The notes below the pieces were generated by a model. The model was not told the DNA's origin. It worked only from the letters and a program-made list of their open reading frames with translations, and ran no database searches. Of a DNA stretch of 64,000 bases, positions 1 to 8,573 are shown piece by piece (within the stretch, counting starts at the first letter, position 1; each line of letters begins with the position of its first letter). This DNA comes from Terriglobia bacterium (GTDB lineage Bacteria > Acidobacteriota > Polarisedimenticolia > Polarisedimenticolales > JAIQFR01), in contig CAVVHE010000004.1 of NCBI GenBank assembly GCA_963748015.1, positions 1,632,001 to 1,696,000 of the forward strand, given 5' to 3'. Both the position numbers and the translations under genes were made by a program.

Positions 1-2
1 GT

Positions 3-506
3 CTCGGCCTCTACGGCTTCGGATCGTCCGCGCACGTCGTGCTGCAGCTCGCCCGGTACCGCGGGTGCGAGGTCTACGTCGCCACACGGGGCGAGGGCCA
101 CCGCGAGCTGGCCCGCAGGATGGGGGCGGCGTGGGTCGGCGAGACGTTCGACGCTCCGCCGGTTCTCCTCGATGCGGCGATCGTGTTCGCCCCGGTCGGC
201 GAGGTCGTTCCGCCCGCGATGCGAGCGGTCCGCAAGGGTGGCACCGTGGCGCTCGCCGGGATCCACATGTCGCCGGTCCCCGCGATGGACTACGGCGAGT
301 GCCTGTTCCACGAGAAGAGCCTGACGAGCGTCGAGGCGAACACCCGCGCCGACGGCGAGGACCTCCTTCGCGAGGCGGCCGCGATCCCGCTTCGCCCCGA
401 GGTGACGACGTTTCCCCTCGAGCACGCCAACGAGGCCCTGATCCGCCTGAAGCAGGACCGGATCGACGGGACCGGCGTGCTGGTGATCGGCGACGAGCGC
501 GGCTGA
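3..506 (+). CDS. Zinc-binding alcohol dehydrogenase family protein (5'-truncated by window edge)
   Basis: Frame open from the window start: LGLYGFGSSAH Rossmann motif, then AAIVFAPVG, LAGIHMS and SVEANTR, typical of the C-terminal half of this MDR subfamily. Confidence 0.85.
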   Translation, partial: LGLYGFGSSAHVVLQLARYRGCEVYVATRGEGHRELARRMGAAWVGETFDAPPVLLDAAIVFAPVGEVVPPAMRAVRKGGTVALAGIHMSPVPAMDYGECLFHEKSLTSVEANTRADGEDLLREAAAIPLRPEVTTFPLEHANEALIRLKQDRIDGTGVLVIGDERG

Positions 507-530
507 CCGCCGCCGCCCCCGGAGGCCGCG

Positions 531-1673
531 ATGACCCTGAAGTCCCCCGTCGCCGCCGCGATCCTCGCGGCCTGCTGCTCTCCCCTCTTCGCCCAGGCGG
601 TCTCGGCGCCGCCCCAGGCGGCTCCCCCCTCCCTCGAGGAGGTCCGCAGGGCCATGGGGATCCCCTCGCGCGACGGCGTGCGTGGCCAGCAGGACGCCGT
701 GGGCTTCGCGTCGAAGCCAGAGCAGATGGCGCGGGTGTGGGAGCTCTCCGCGGTCCCGCCGGCCCCCGAGCGGCTCGGCGAGCCGCCGGTCCCCGGCGCC
801 GCCGCGGTGATCTGCCCCCACGACGACTACCTGTACGCCGGGCGGGTGTACCGCCAGGTCCTTCCGCTCGTGACCGCGCGCACGGTGGTGCTCGTCGGGG
901 TGTTCCACAAGTACCGCCGCTTCGGCGCGCACGACCGCCTGGTGTTCGATCCCTATCGCGCGTGGCGCTCGCCGGACGGCGACGTCCCCGTGTCGCCGCT
1001 GCGCGAGGACCTGCTAGCCGCGCTGCCGAAGGACGACGTGATCCAGGACGCGGCGATGCACGACAGCGAGCACTCGCTCGAGGCGCTGGCGTTCTGGCTT
1101 CGCCACGCCCGGCCCGATCTCGAGATCGTCCCGATCATCGTCCCCGCCGCGAGCTTCGACCGGCTCTCCGAGCTGGCCGCCCACCTCGGCCAGGCGCTGG
1201 CGGAGTCCATGAAGAAGCGCGGCTGGCGCCTCGGGCGCGACGTCGCGATCGCGATCTCCACCGACGGCGTGCACTACGGACCGGACTTCAAGTTCGTGCC
1301 GTACGGCGACGGAGGGGTGGACGCGTACGTCCGCGCGACCGACAAGGACCGCTCGCTGCTGCGCGGCCCGCTCGCGGGGCCGGTCACGCCGGAGAAGGTC
1401 CGGCAGCTCTTCGCCGAATTCGTGAACCCCGAGAAGCCGGACGAGTACCGGCTAACCTGGTGCGGCCGCTTCTCGGTGCCTCTCGGCCTCCTCCTCCTCG
1501 AAAAGACCGCGGCCGCGCTCGGCGCCGGCGTCCCCGTCGGACATCCCGTCGCCTACGCGACCTCGGTCGGCTCACCCGAGCTTCAAGTCCGCGACGTCGG
1601 CCTCGGCGCCACCGCCCCGGCGAACCTCTACCACTTCGTCAGCTACCCCGCCGCAGCGTTCACGCTGCCCTGA
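531..1673 (+). CDS. AmmeMemoRadiSam protein B / MEMO1-like protein with N-terminal signal peptide
   Basis: PHDDYLYAG, EHSLE, STDGVHYG and TWCG motifs match the MEMO fold; hydrophobic N-terminus with an A-Q-A cleavage-like site; GGAGG RBS. Confidence 0.8.
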   Translation: MTLKSPVAAAILAACCSPLFAQAVSAPPQAAPPSLEEVRRAMGIPSRDGVRGQQDAVGFASKPEQMARVWELSAVPPAPERLGEPPVPGAAAVICPHDDYLYAGRVYRQVLPLVTARTVVLVGVFHKYRRFGAHDRLVFDPYRAWRSPDGDVPVSPLREDLLAALPKDDVIQDAAMHDSEHSLEALAFWLRHARPDLEIVPIIVPAASFDRLSELAAHLGQALAESMKKRGWRLGRDVAIAISTDGVHYGPDFKFVPYGDGGVDAYVRATDKDRSLLRGPLAGPVTPEKVRQLFAEFVNPEKPDEYRLTWCGRFSVPLGLLLLEKTAAALGAGVPVGHPVAYATSVGSPELQVRDVGLGATAPANLYHFVSYPAAAFTLP

Positions 1674-1846
1674 CCCGCGTCCGAAGCTCGCGCTCGGACT
1701 CGACCCGAAGCGGCCCTGTTTTCGCGCGGCCGGTCCTTCCCTGGAAGGCCGCGCGAAAACCGGAGCCAGGCGGCGCGGCGACTTGCGCCGCGCAACGCCG
1801 CAGCGTGCCGCGCGGGTCGAGTCCGAGCGCGGGCTTCGGACGCGGG
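1674..1846 (+). repeat. Structured intergenic element family A, copy 1
   Basis: 34-bp inverted arms (1674-1707 / 1813-1846, one T-G mismatch) around a 105-nt core shared with 52023-52127 and 55831-55935. Confidence 0.9.
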
Positions 1847-1854
1847 CGCCGGCG

Positions 1855-2634
1855 CTACCTGAAGATCTCGGCGAAGAACGCCTGCATGGCGGCCCAGGAG
1901 CGGCGGTCGGCGCGCTCGTTGTAGGCGGCGCCTTTCGAGTTGTCGCTCCCCGCGGCGGGGTTGGTGAAGGAGTGAACGGCGCCGCCGTATTTGACGAGCT
2001 GCCAGTCCACGCCGGACTTGCGCATCTCGTCCTCGAAGGCCGCCAGGTCGGCGGCGGGGACGAACGGGTCGTCGGCTCCGTGCAGCGCCAGAATCCTAGC
2101 CTTGATGTTCTTGCCGTCGGCGGGAGCCGGCGAGTCGAGGCCGCCGTGGAAGCTCACGACGCCGGCGAGGTCGGCGCCGCTCCGGGCCAGCTCGACCACC
2201 GTCGTGCCGCCGAAGCAGAAGCCGATCGCGGCGATCCGCTTCGGGTCCACGAGCGGGTTCGCGCGGAGCGCTTGGAGCGCCGCCGCCGCCCGCGCGCGCA
2301 GCAGGGCGCGGTCGCCCTTGTACTTGCCCGCCAGCTGGCCGGCCTCCTGGGCGTTCGCCGGGCGGATCCCCTTGCCATAGATGTCCGCCGCGAAGGCCAC
2401 GTACCCCAGCTTCGCGAGCTGATCGCACTTCCCGCTGCCGAAGGGGCCGGCGCCCATCCAGTCGTGCACGACGAGAACCCCCGGCCTCTTCCCCTGCACG
2501 GAGTCGTCCCACGCGACGTATCCCTCGAGGACCGTGTCGCCCTGCTTGTACTCCACCGCCTGCGAGCGCGGCGCGGCACCCGCCGTCGTCGCCGCGACCG
2601 CCAGGATCGCCATCATCGCGAAGAGCCTCGTCAT
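1855..2634 (-). CDS. Dienelactone hydrolase family protein, signal peptide
   Basis: GFCFGG nucleophile elbow, VSFHGGL, HGADDP and AVHSFTN motifs. Confidence 0.9.
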   Translation of the reverse strand: MTRLFAMMAILAVAATTAGAAPRSQAVEYKQGDTVLEGYVAWDDSVQGKRPGVLVVHDWMGAGPFGSGKCDQLAKLGYVAFAADIYGKGIRPANAQEAGQLAGKYKGDRALLRARAAAALQALRANPLVDPKRIAAIGFCFGGTTVVELARSGADLAGVVSFHGGLDSPAPADGKNIKARILALHGADDPFVPAADLAAFEDEMRKSGVDWQLVKYGGAVHSFTNPAAGSDNSKGAAYNERADRRSWAAMQAFFAEIFR

Positions 2635-3215
2635 TTCGAAGTGCCTCCCGTCGTTTCCGTCGGACCTGTTCCCTTGCGCTTGGGGATCTTGAGCTCCTCG
2701 AGCCGATCGGCCACGTCCCGCCCCGCCGTCGAGGGCTTCACGCCGGTGTCGATGTAGAGAATCTTTCCGTCGGCGCCGATGTAGAACGTCTTGCGCGATG
2801 CGACGCGGACCACCGGGATGAGGACCCCGTACGCTTCGGCCGTCTTGCGGTCCGGGTCGGAGAGGATCGGGAAGTCGAGGCCGAGGGATTCGGCGAACTT
2901 GCGGTTGGTGTCGGCGTCGTCCACGCTCGCCGCGAAGTAGGCCACGTCGAACCCGCGGATCGCGTCGCCGCTCTCACGGAGCGACTTGCACTCGGCGGTT
3001 CAGCCCCCGGTGAACGCTTTCGGGAACCAGGCGACGACGACCGCCTGCTTTCCCTGGTAGTCCGCCAGGCGGTGGGTCTTTCCGTCGGACCCCGCGAGAT
3101 CGAACGCGGGGGCGGCGTCCCCCGGCTCGAGGTCGGCCTTCGCCGCGCTCGCGCAGGCGGCGGTCCCGAGCAGCAGGAGCGCCGCGGCGGACAGGGCCAT
3201 CGTCGGGTGCAGCAT
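2631..3215 (-). CDS. Selenocysteine-containing peroxiredoxin (BCP/PrxQ-like), UGA at 3002-3000 read as Sec
   Basis: ORFs 3000..3362 and 2631..2945 are one frame joined by a single TGA: WFPKAFTGG-U-TAECKSLR, with U at the peroxidatic Cys position (PxxxTxxC). GGGAGG RBS before ATG 3215; ATGA overlap with the next gene. Confidence 0.85.
2967..2985 (-). promoter_or_regulatory. Putative bacterial SECIS hairpin
   Basis: Minus strand GTCGCTC-CGTGA-GAGCGGC: 7-bp stem with one G-U pair, loop starting 21 nt after the UGA, G at loop position 2. Confidence 0.7.
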
Positions 3216-3348
3216 GAAACCCTCCCGTTGAAATAGGATAAGACTCGTCCATTTTACACCGCGACCCGCCCCGTGTCGCCCTGCGGGGCGGCGGCGCCGG
3301 GCGGCCGCGGCGCGTCGCGCGTAGAATGCCCGGCTCGAGGAGGGGAAC

Positions 3349-5025
3349 GTGCCCGAGTTCATCTACACCATGAAGGGCCTCCGGAAGGTGGTCCCCCCGA
3401 ACCGCGAGATCCTCAAGGGGATCTGGCTCTCGTACTACTTCGGCGCGAAGATCGGCGTCCTCGGCGCCAACGGCGCCGGGAAAAGCAGCCTCCTGAGGAT
3501 CATGGCGGGCGAGGATGCCGACTTCCTCGGGGAGGCGTTCGCCGCGAAGGGGATCCGGATCGGCCTCCTCCCCCAGGAGCCGCGGCTCGACCCCTCGAAG
3601 AACGTCCTGCAGAACATCGAGGAGGGGGTCGCCGACACCCGCGCGATCCTCGACCGGTACAACGCGGTCAGCGAGCGCTTCGCCGAGCCGATGGAGCCGG
3701 ACGAGATGGAGAAGCTCCTCGACGAGCAGTCGCGCCTTCAGGACCGGATCGAGGCGCTCGGCGCGTGGGAGCTCGACAGCACGCTCGAGATCGCGATGGA
3801 CGCGCTGCGCTGCCCTTCCCCCGACGCCGACGTCGCCACGCTCTCCGGCGGCGAGCGCCGCCGCGTCGCGCTGTGCCGGCTCCTCCTCCAGAAGCCGGAC
3901 CTGCTCCTCCTCGACGAGCCGACCAACCATCTCGACGCGGAGTCGGTGGCGTGGCTCGAGCGCTTCCTCCGGGACTACCCGGGCACGGTGGTCGCCGTCA
4001 CCCACGACCGGTACTTCCTGGACAACGTCGCGGGGTGGATCCTCGAGCTCGACCGCGGCCAGGGGATCCCGTGGGAGGGGAACTACTCCTCCTGGCTCGA
4101 CCAGAAGCAGCAGCGCTTCGACCAGGAGGAGCGGTCGGCGTCGGCGAAGCGGCGAACGCTCGAGCGGGAGCTCGAGTGGATCCGGATGGCGCCGCGCGCG
4201 CGCCAGGCCAAGGGGAAGGCGCGATTGAACGCCTACGACGAGCTCCTGGCGGAGGAGACCGAGCGCATCCCCGAGGCCGTCGAGATCTACATCGCGCCGG
4301 GCCCGCGGCTCGGAGACGTGGTGGTGGAGGCGGATCACCTCTCGAAGGGATACGGCGACCGGCTCCTGATCGACGATCTGTCGTTCCGCCTCCCGCGGGG
4401 CGGAATCGTCGGGATCATCGGGCCGAACGGCGCCGGCAAGACGACCCTCCTCCGCATGATCGTGGGCGGGGAGCAACCGGATTCGGGCTCGCTGCGGGTC
4501 GGCGAGACCGTGAAGGTCGCCCACGTCGACCAGAGTCGTGACGTACTGAAGGACGACGCGAGCGTTTACGAGGCGATCTCGGAGGGGAACGAGACGCTCA
4601 ACGTGGGGAAGCGCCAGCTCAACGCGCGCGCCTACGTCTCCTCGTTCAATTTCAAGGGAGCCGACCAGCAGAAGCGCGTCTCCACGCTCTCCGGCGGCGA
4701 GCGCAATCGCGTCCACCTCGCTCGGATGCTGAAGGAAGGGGCCAACGTCCTGCTGCTCGACGAGCCGACCAACGACCTGGACGTGGACACCCTGCGGGCG
4801 CTGGAGGAGGCGCTCCTCGGCTTCGCGGGGTGCGCGATCGTGATCAGCCACGACCGGTGGTTCCTCGACCGCATCGCGACCCACATCCTCGCCTTCGAGG
4901 GAGACAGCCGGGTCGTCTGGTTCGAGGGGAACTACCAGGACTACGAGGCGGACCGCCACCGCCGTCTCGGCGTCGAGGCCGACCGGCCGCACCGCATCAA
5001 GTACCGCAAGCTCACGCGGGGTTAG
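3349..5025 (+). CDS. ettA: Energy-dependent translational throttle protein (ABC-F)
   Basis: Two ABC domains ([21 protein letters not shown]), characteristic [10 protein letters not shown] start and RIKYRKL end. Confidence 0.95.
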   Translation: MPEFIYTMKGLRKVVPPNREILKGIWLSYYFGAKIGVLGANGAGKSSLLRIMAGEDADFLGEAFAAKGIRIGLLPQEPRLDPSKNVLQNIEEGVADTRAILDRYNAVSERFAEPMEPDEMEKLLDEQSRLQDRIEALGAWELDSTLEIAMDALRCPSPDADVATLSGGERRRVALCRLLLQKPDLLLLDEPTNHLDAESVAWLERFLRDYPGTVVAVTHDRYFLDNVAGWILELDRGQGIPWEGNYSSWLDQKQQRFDQEERSASAKRRTLERELEWIRMAPRARQAKGKARLNAYDELLAEETERIPEAVEIYIAPGPRLGDVVVEADHLSKGYGDRLLIDDLSFRLPRGGIVGIIGPNGAGKTTLLRMIVGGEQPDSGSLRVGETVKVAHVDQSRDVLKDDASVYEAISEGNETLNVGKRQLNARAYVSSFNFKGADQQKRVSTLSGGERNRVHLARMLKEGANVLLLDEPTNDLDVDTLRALEEALLGFAGCAIVISHDRWFLDRIATHILAFEGDSRVVWFEGNYQDYEADRHRRLGVEADRPHRIKYRKLTRG

Positions 5026-5037
5026 GAGCTCTCCATC

Positions 5038-5661
5038 GTGAGGCGATCGTCCTTCGAGGAGCGCGCGAGGGCGGGAATCGCGCTCGTCGCGCGGCCGCTG
5101 GCCGGCCGCGCCGCCGCGGCGCTGCTCCTGCTCGCCGCGTCGAGCGGCCACGCGGGCGCGCCGACCCCCGCGGGAGCCGCCGCCCCGCCCGCGAAGCGCG
5201 AGGCCGTTCTCCTGCCGGCCAATGCGTCTCGCCTCCTCGAAGAGGTGCGCAAGCCGGGAGCGTCGGTCGTCCTCCTGAACGTGTGGGCGACCTGGTGCCA
5301 GCCGTGCCGCGAGGAGTTCCCCGACCTGATGAAGCTGCGGCGGAGCTGGGCGGACCGCGGCCTCCGGCTCGTGCTGGTCTCGGGCGACTTCGACGCCGAC
5401 AAGAGCGAGGCGCTCCGATTCCTGTCGGCGCACGGCGCCGACTTCCCCTCGTTCATCAAGGACGGAGGGGACATGGAGTTCATCGACGGGCTCGACCGCC
5501 GCTGGTCGGGTGCGCTCCCCGCGACCTTCCTCTATGATTCGTCGGGTCGTCTACGCAACTTCTGGGAGGGCAAGGCCGACTACGCCACCCTGGAGCGGCG
5601 GGTCCAGGACGTCGTTTCCGGTGGGGCGGCGACGCCGCACCCGGCCGAGGAGAAGCCATGA
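5038..5661 (+). CDS. TlpA-family thiol-disulfide reductase, exported
   Basis: NVWATWCQPCREEFP and GALPAT motifs; hydrophobic N-terminal segment; exact start uncertain. Confidence 0.85.
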   Translation: MRRSSFEERARAGIALVARPLAGRAAAALLLLAASSGHAGAPTPAGAAAPPAKREAVLLPANASRLLEEVRKPGASVVLLNVWATWCQPCREEFPDLMKLRRSWADRGLRLVLVSGDFDADKSEALRFLSAHGADFPSFIKDGGDMEFIDGLDRRWSGALPATFLYDSSGRLRNFWEGKADYATLERRVQDVVSGGAATPHPAEEKP

Positions 5662-6290
5662 ATCGCAACCGGTCCTCCGTGTCCATAGCCTGTCTCGTCG
5701 TCGCGCTGGGGCTCCTTTCCGCGACGCACGCGCAGGAGACCGTCACGAACCTCGCCCTCGGGGCCGCCGCTCCCGCCGCCACCGTGAAGATGAAGAGCGT
5801 GGACGGTCGCGAGCTCACGATCGCCGACGCCAAGGGCGAGAAGGGAACCCTCGTGATCTTCACCTGCAACCACTGCCCGTGGGTGAAGGCGTGGGAGACC
5901 CGGATCGCGGAAATCGGGAACGCCTGGCAGGCGAAGGGCATCGGCGTGATCGCCGTCAACTCCAACGATCCCGCGGCCTACCCCGAGGATGCCTTCGAGG
6001 AGATGCAGAAGCGGGCCAAGGACCGCGGCATGCGCTACCCCTACGTCGTGGACGCCACGTCCGAGGTCGCCCGCGCGTTCGGGGCGAGCCATACGCCCGA
6101 GATCTTCCTCTTCGGGAAGGACGGCAAACTCGCGTACAAGGGGGCGGTCGACGACAACGCGAAGGAGCCCGAGAAGGTGAAGGAGCACTTCCTCGCCGAC
6201 GCTCTCGAGGCCGTCGCGGCCGGCAACCCGCCGCCGATGCCCGAAACGAAAGCCCTCGGCTGCTCGATCAAGTACCGCAAGTCGAGCTAG
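5658..6290 (+). CDS. Thioredoxin/redoxin (AhpC-TSA-like) family protein, exported
   Basis: FTCNHCPWV, NSND, TPEIF, YKGAVDD and GCSIK motifs; signal peptide; ATGA overlap with the upstream gene. Confidence 0.9.
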   Translation: MNRNRSSVSIACLVVALGLLSATHAQETVTNLALGAAAPAATVKMKSVDGRELTIADAKGEKGTLVIFTCNHCPWVKAWETRIAEIGNAWQAKGIGVIAVNSNDPAAYPEDAFEEMQKRAKDRGMRYPYVVDATSEVARAFGASHTPEIFLFGKDGKLAYKGAVDDNAKEPEKVKEHFLADALEAVAAGNPPPMPETKALGCSIKYRKSS

Positions 6291-6303
6291 CACCGCGAGC
6301 GTT

Positions 6304-6371
6304 GCCCGAGGCCGGAAGCGTTCCTCGCCGGCCCGGAAAAGGGCCGTCTGCGGACGCTTCCGGCCTCGGGC
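6304..6371 (-). repeat. REP-like element family B, copy 1
   Basis: Minus-strand core GCAGACGGCCCTTTTCCGGGCCGGCGA within about 20-bp inverted arms. Confidence 0.85.
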
Positions 6372-6383
6372 CCCGCTCGCTCG

Positions 6384-6567
6384 TCGGCGATCGTCCGCGG
6401 ATCCTCCCGGCGACCTCCCTCGGCGACGACCCGCATCGGCCGGGCGAAGGGTCTCGCAAGCGCGATGGGGACCCCCATCCCCATCGCGCGAGACCCTTCG
6501 CCCGGCCGTGCAGGGGTCCCCGTCGCCTCGGGCATCGTCGCCGGGAGGACCCGCGGACGATCGCCGA
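6384..6567. repeat. Long nested inverted repeat (184 nt)
   Basis: Outer arms 6384-6414 / 6537-6567 (31 bp, 1 mismatch); inner arms 6437-6457 / 6488-6508; apical GCGCGATGGGGA...TCCCCATCGCGC. Confidence 0.8.
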
Positions 6568-6637
6568 AAGACGCTTCCGATAGAAGCCGCGTTGAACCCC
6601 CCGGACCTACCCGGCGCGGTGTGCCGGTGGCGGTCCG

Positions 6638-7237
6638 TCAGCGGACGGGGACGACGGCGAAGATGAAGGCGCTCCAGAGGGAGTGGGAGATCACGAGCGC
6701 CGCGAGGTCGCGCTTCCAGACATAGAGGAAGCCCCAGTACGCTCCCGCGACGAGGGCGGCGAGGATCAGCATCGGGTTTCGCGAGAAGACGTGCACTCCC
6801 GCGTAGAGGGCGGTGGCGGCGAGGAAACCCGGCCACGTCCCCCATCGCCGCTGAAGGCGCTCCTGGAAGTAGCCCCGCCAGAAGATCTCCTCGCCGGGGC
6901 CGGTCACGAAGAGGAGGAGCAGCGCGACGAGGAAGCGGCTGGACCCGTCGCCGAGACCGTAGATCCCGCCGACCTGCCCCACGGCCCCCGGGACGACGAG
7001 CGGCGCGATGGCGTTGCCGGCATAGAAGACGCCGTACAGGACCGCGGCGGAGCCGACCCCCCACGCGATCGACGATCGCGAGAACCGAAGCCGGGGCCGC
7101 TGCCAGACGAGCGACCAGCCGGTGACCAGCGCCACCGCTATCCCGATCTTGACCCAGAAGTTGCCCCAGGCGAGACCGAAGGTGAACGCCCAGCCGGCGA
7201 GCGCGAGGAGCAGCGCGCCTAGAAGCCCGTCCGCCAT
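6638..7237 (-). CDS. CPBP (CAAX/Abi) family intramembrane metalloprotease
   Basis: GEEIFWRGYFQ, YAGVH and ISHSLW motifs; ATG at 7237 overlaps the upstream stop (TGATG). Confidence 0.85.
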   Translation of the reverse strand: MADGLLGALLLALAGWAFTFGLAWGNFWVKIGIAVALVTGWSLVWQRPRLRFSRSSIAWGVGSAAVLYGVFYAGNAIAPLVVPGAVGQVGGIYGLGDGSSRFLVALLLLFVTGPGEEIFWRGYFQERLQRRWGTWPGFLAATALYAGVHVFSRNPMLILAALVAGAYWGFLYVWKRDLAALVISHSLWSAFIFAVVPVR

Positions 7238-8130
7238 CAACGCGTCACCACCCCCGCGATGAACAATCCCGCCATCAGGCACACGCCGAAGAGAGTGTCG
7301 AGCTGCGCGGTGATGGCGTCCGCCGCGTCGGGGATCTCCCGCGCGAAGGTCCGGAACAGCGACACCGCTTTCGGCACCGAGAGCAGGACCAGAAGGGCCC
7401 ACGGGGTGACGATCCCGCCCGCGACCATCCCGATCAGGGCGAGATACGCCGCCGCGATCATCGCCAGGTAGATGTGCAGGCTCCTCCTCTGCCCGAGGAG
7501 GATGCTGAGGGTCCGGATCCCGCGGCGCGCGTCGTACTCCACGTCCCGCATGTTGTTGGCGAACAGCACGAGCGCCACCAGCACGCCGAACGGGATCGAG
7601 ATCAGGAGCGGCCGGGGCGACAGCGCCCCCCGCTGCACCGCGTACGCCCCTCCGATCATCAACGGGCCCCACATCAGGAACACCGCGATCTCGCCGAGAG
7701 CGCGATACTTGAACTTCACCGGCCCCGCCGTGTAGAGGAGGCTCGCGAGGAACCCGATGCCCCCGATCCACGCGACGTCGCGGCTGCGGAGGACCGCCGC
7801 GGCCACGCCGACCGCGGCGGTCACCGCGTAGAGCGCCACCGCTTCCGCCAGCAGCTGCCGCGGCGTCATCAGGCCGCCGAGGAGCGGGTGCGGCCGGTAC
7901 TTCGCCGTCGGCGAGTCGGCCTGATCGACGCCGTATCGCGTGTCGAAGTAATCGTTGATGACGTTGGTGGCCGCGTGGAACGCCACCGCGCCCACGAGAA
8001 CGACGCCGAGCCAGAGCCACGAGATCGGTCCGTCCGCGGCGGCGAGAAACGTCCCCATGCACACCGAGATCGCGGTCATCGAGAACGACCACGGCCTCGT
8101 CGACACCACGAGATCCTTGAACCGGGTCAT
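7237..8130 (-). CDS. menA: 1,4-dihydroxy-2-naphthoate prenyltransferase (UbiA family)
   Basis: TRPWS, NVINDYFD and NNMRDVEYD...GIRTL motifs; multi-pass membrane protein. Confidence 0.8.
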   Translation of the reverse strand: MTRFKDLVVSTRPWSFSMTAISVCMGTFLAAADGPISWLWLGVVLVGAVAFHAATNVINDYFDTRYGVDQADSPTAKYRPHPLLGGLMTPRQLLAEAVALYAVTAAVGVAAAVLRSRDVAWIGGIGFLASLLYTAGPVKFKYRALGEIAVFLMWGPLMIGGAYAVQRGALSPRPLLISIPFGVLVALVLFANNMRDVEYDARRGIRTLSILLGQRRSLHIYLAMIAAAYLALIGMVAGGIVTPWALLVLLSVPKAVSLFRTFAREIPDAADAITAQLDTLFGVCLMAGLFIAGVVTR

Positions 8131-8279
8131 GCCGTCGCCCTCCTCCTCGCTCCGCGACCCCTATCCGCTCGAATCGCGGCGGCGTCCGGCGAAGCTACCA
8201 GAGCACCCCCGCCCCCGCAACCCGAACTCTCGATCGCGTCGACGGTCCCGCTGATCGGCGTCGGCCGCGCCACTCGGGC

Positions 8280-8356
8280 CGCGAGGACGAGGCGGCATGG
8301 GTTCTCGCCGGCCCGAAAAAGGGCCGTCTACGAACCCATGCCGCCTCGTCCTCGCG
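8280..8356 (-). repeat. REP-like element family B, copy 2
   Basis: Minus-strand core GTAGACGGCCCTTTTTCGGGCCGGCGA in perfect 25-bp inverted arms. Confidence 0.9.
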
Positions 8357-8429
8357 TGGGATCAACGCAACCGTGCGGGTGCCTCCGCCCCGAACCGGAC
8401 CCGAGCCCGGTCGAAGCCTAGCGGCTCGC

Positions 8430-8492
8430 CCCCGGCTGAATGCGTTCGTAGACAGCCCTTTTCTGGGCTGGCGAGAACGCATTCAGCCGGGG
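8430..8492 (+). repeat. REP-like element family B, copy 3
   Basis: Core GTAGACAGCCCTTTTCTGGGCTGGCGA (8448-8474) in perfect 18-bp arms. Confidence 0.9.
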
Positions 8493-8498
8493 ACGAGG

Positions 8499-8568
8499 CG
8501 AAGACCCGACCGAGAAGGAGACGGACTACGTTCGCAGACAGCGAACCGAAGACCCGACCGAGAAGGAG
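8499..8568 (+). repeat. 22-bp direct repeat flanking a truncated family B core
   Basis: CGAAGACCCGACCGAGAAGGAG at 8499-8520 and 8547-8568, with GTTCGCAGACAGCGAAC (8530-8546) between them. Confidence 0.75.
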
Positions 8569-8573
8569 GCCGG

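Noticed and set aside
1708..1812. Family A core as a hammerhead ribozyme
   Set aside because: A three-way junction is possible but the CUGANGA / GAAA / UH core is not correctly placed on either strand.
2631..3362. Two separate small ORFs or a nonsense pseudogene
   Set aside because: The only stop is a TGA at the catalytic position followed by a SECIS-like hairpin, so Sec recoding is the simpler explanation.
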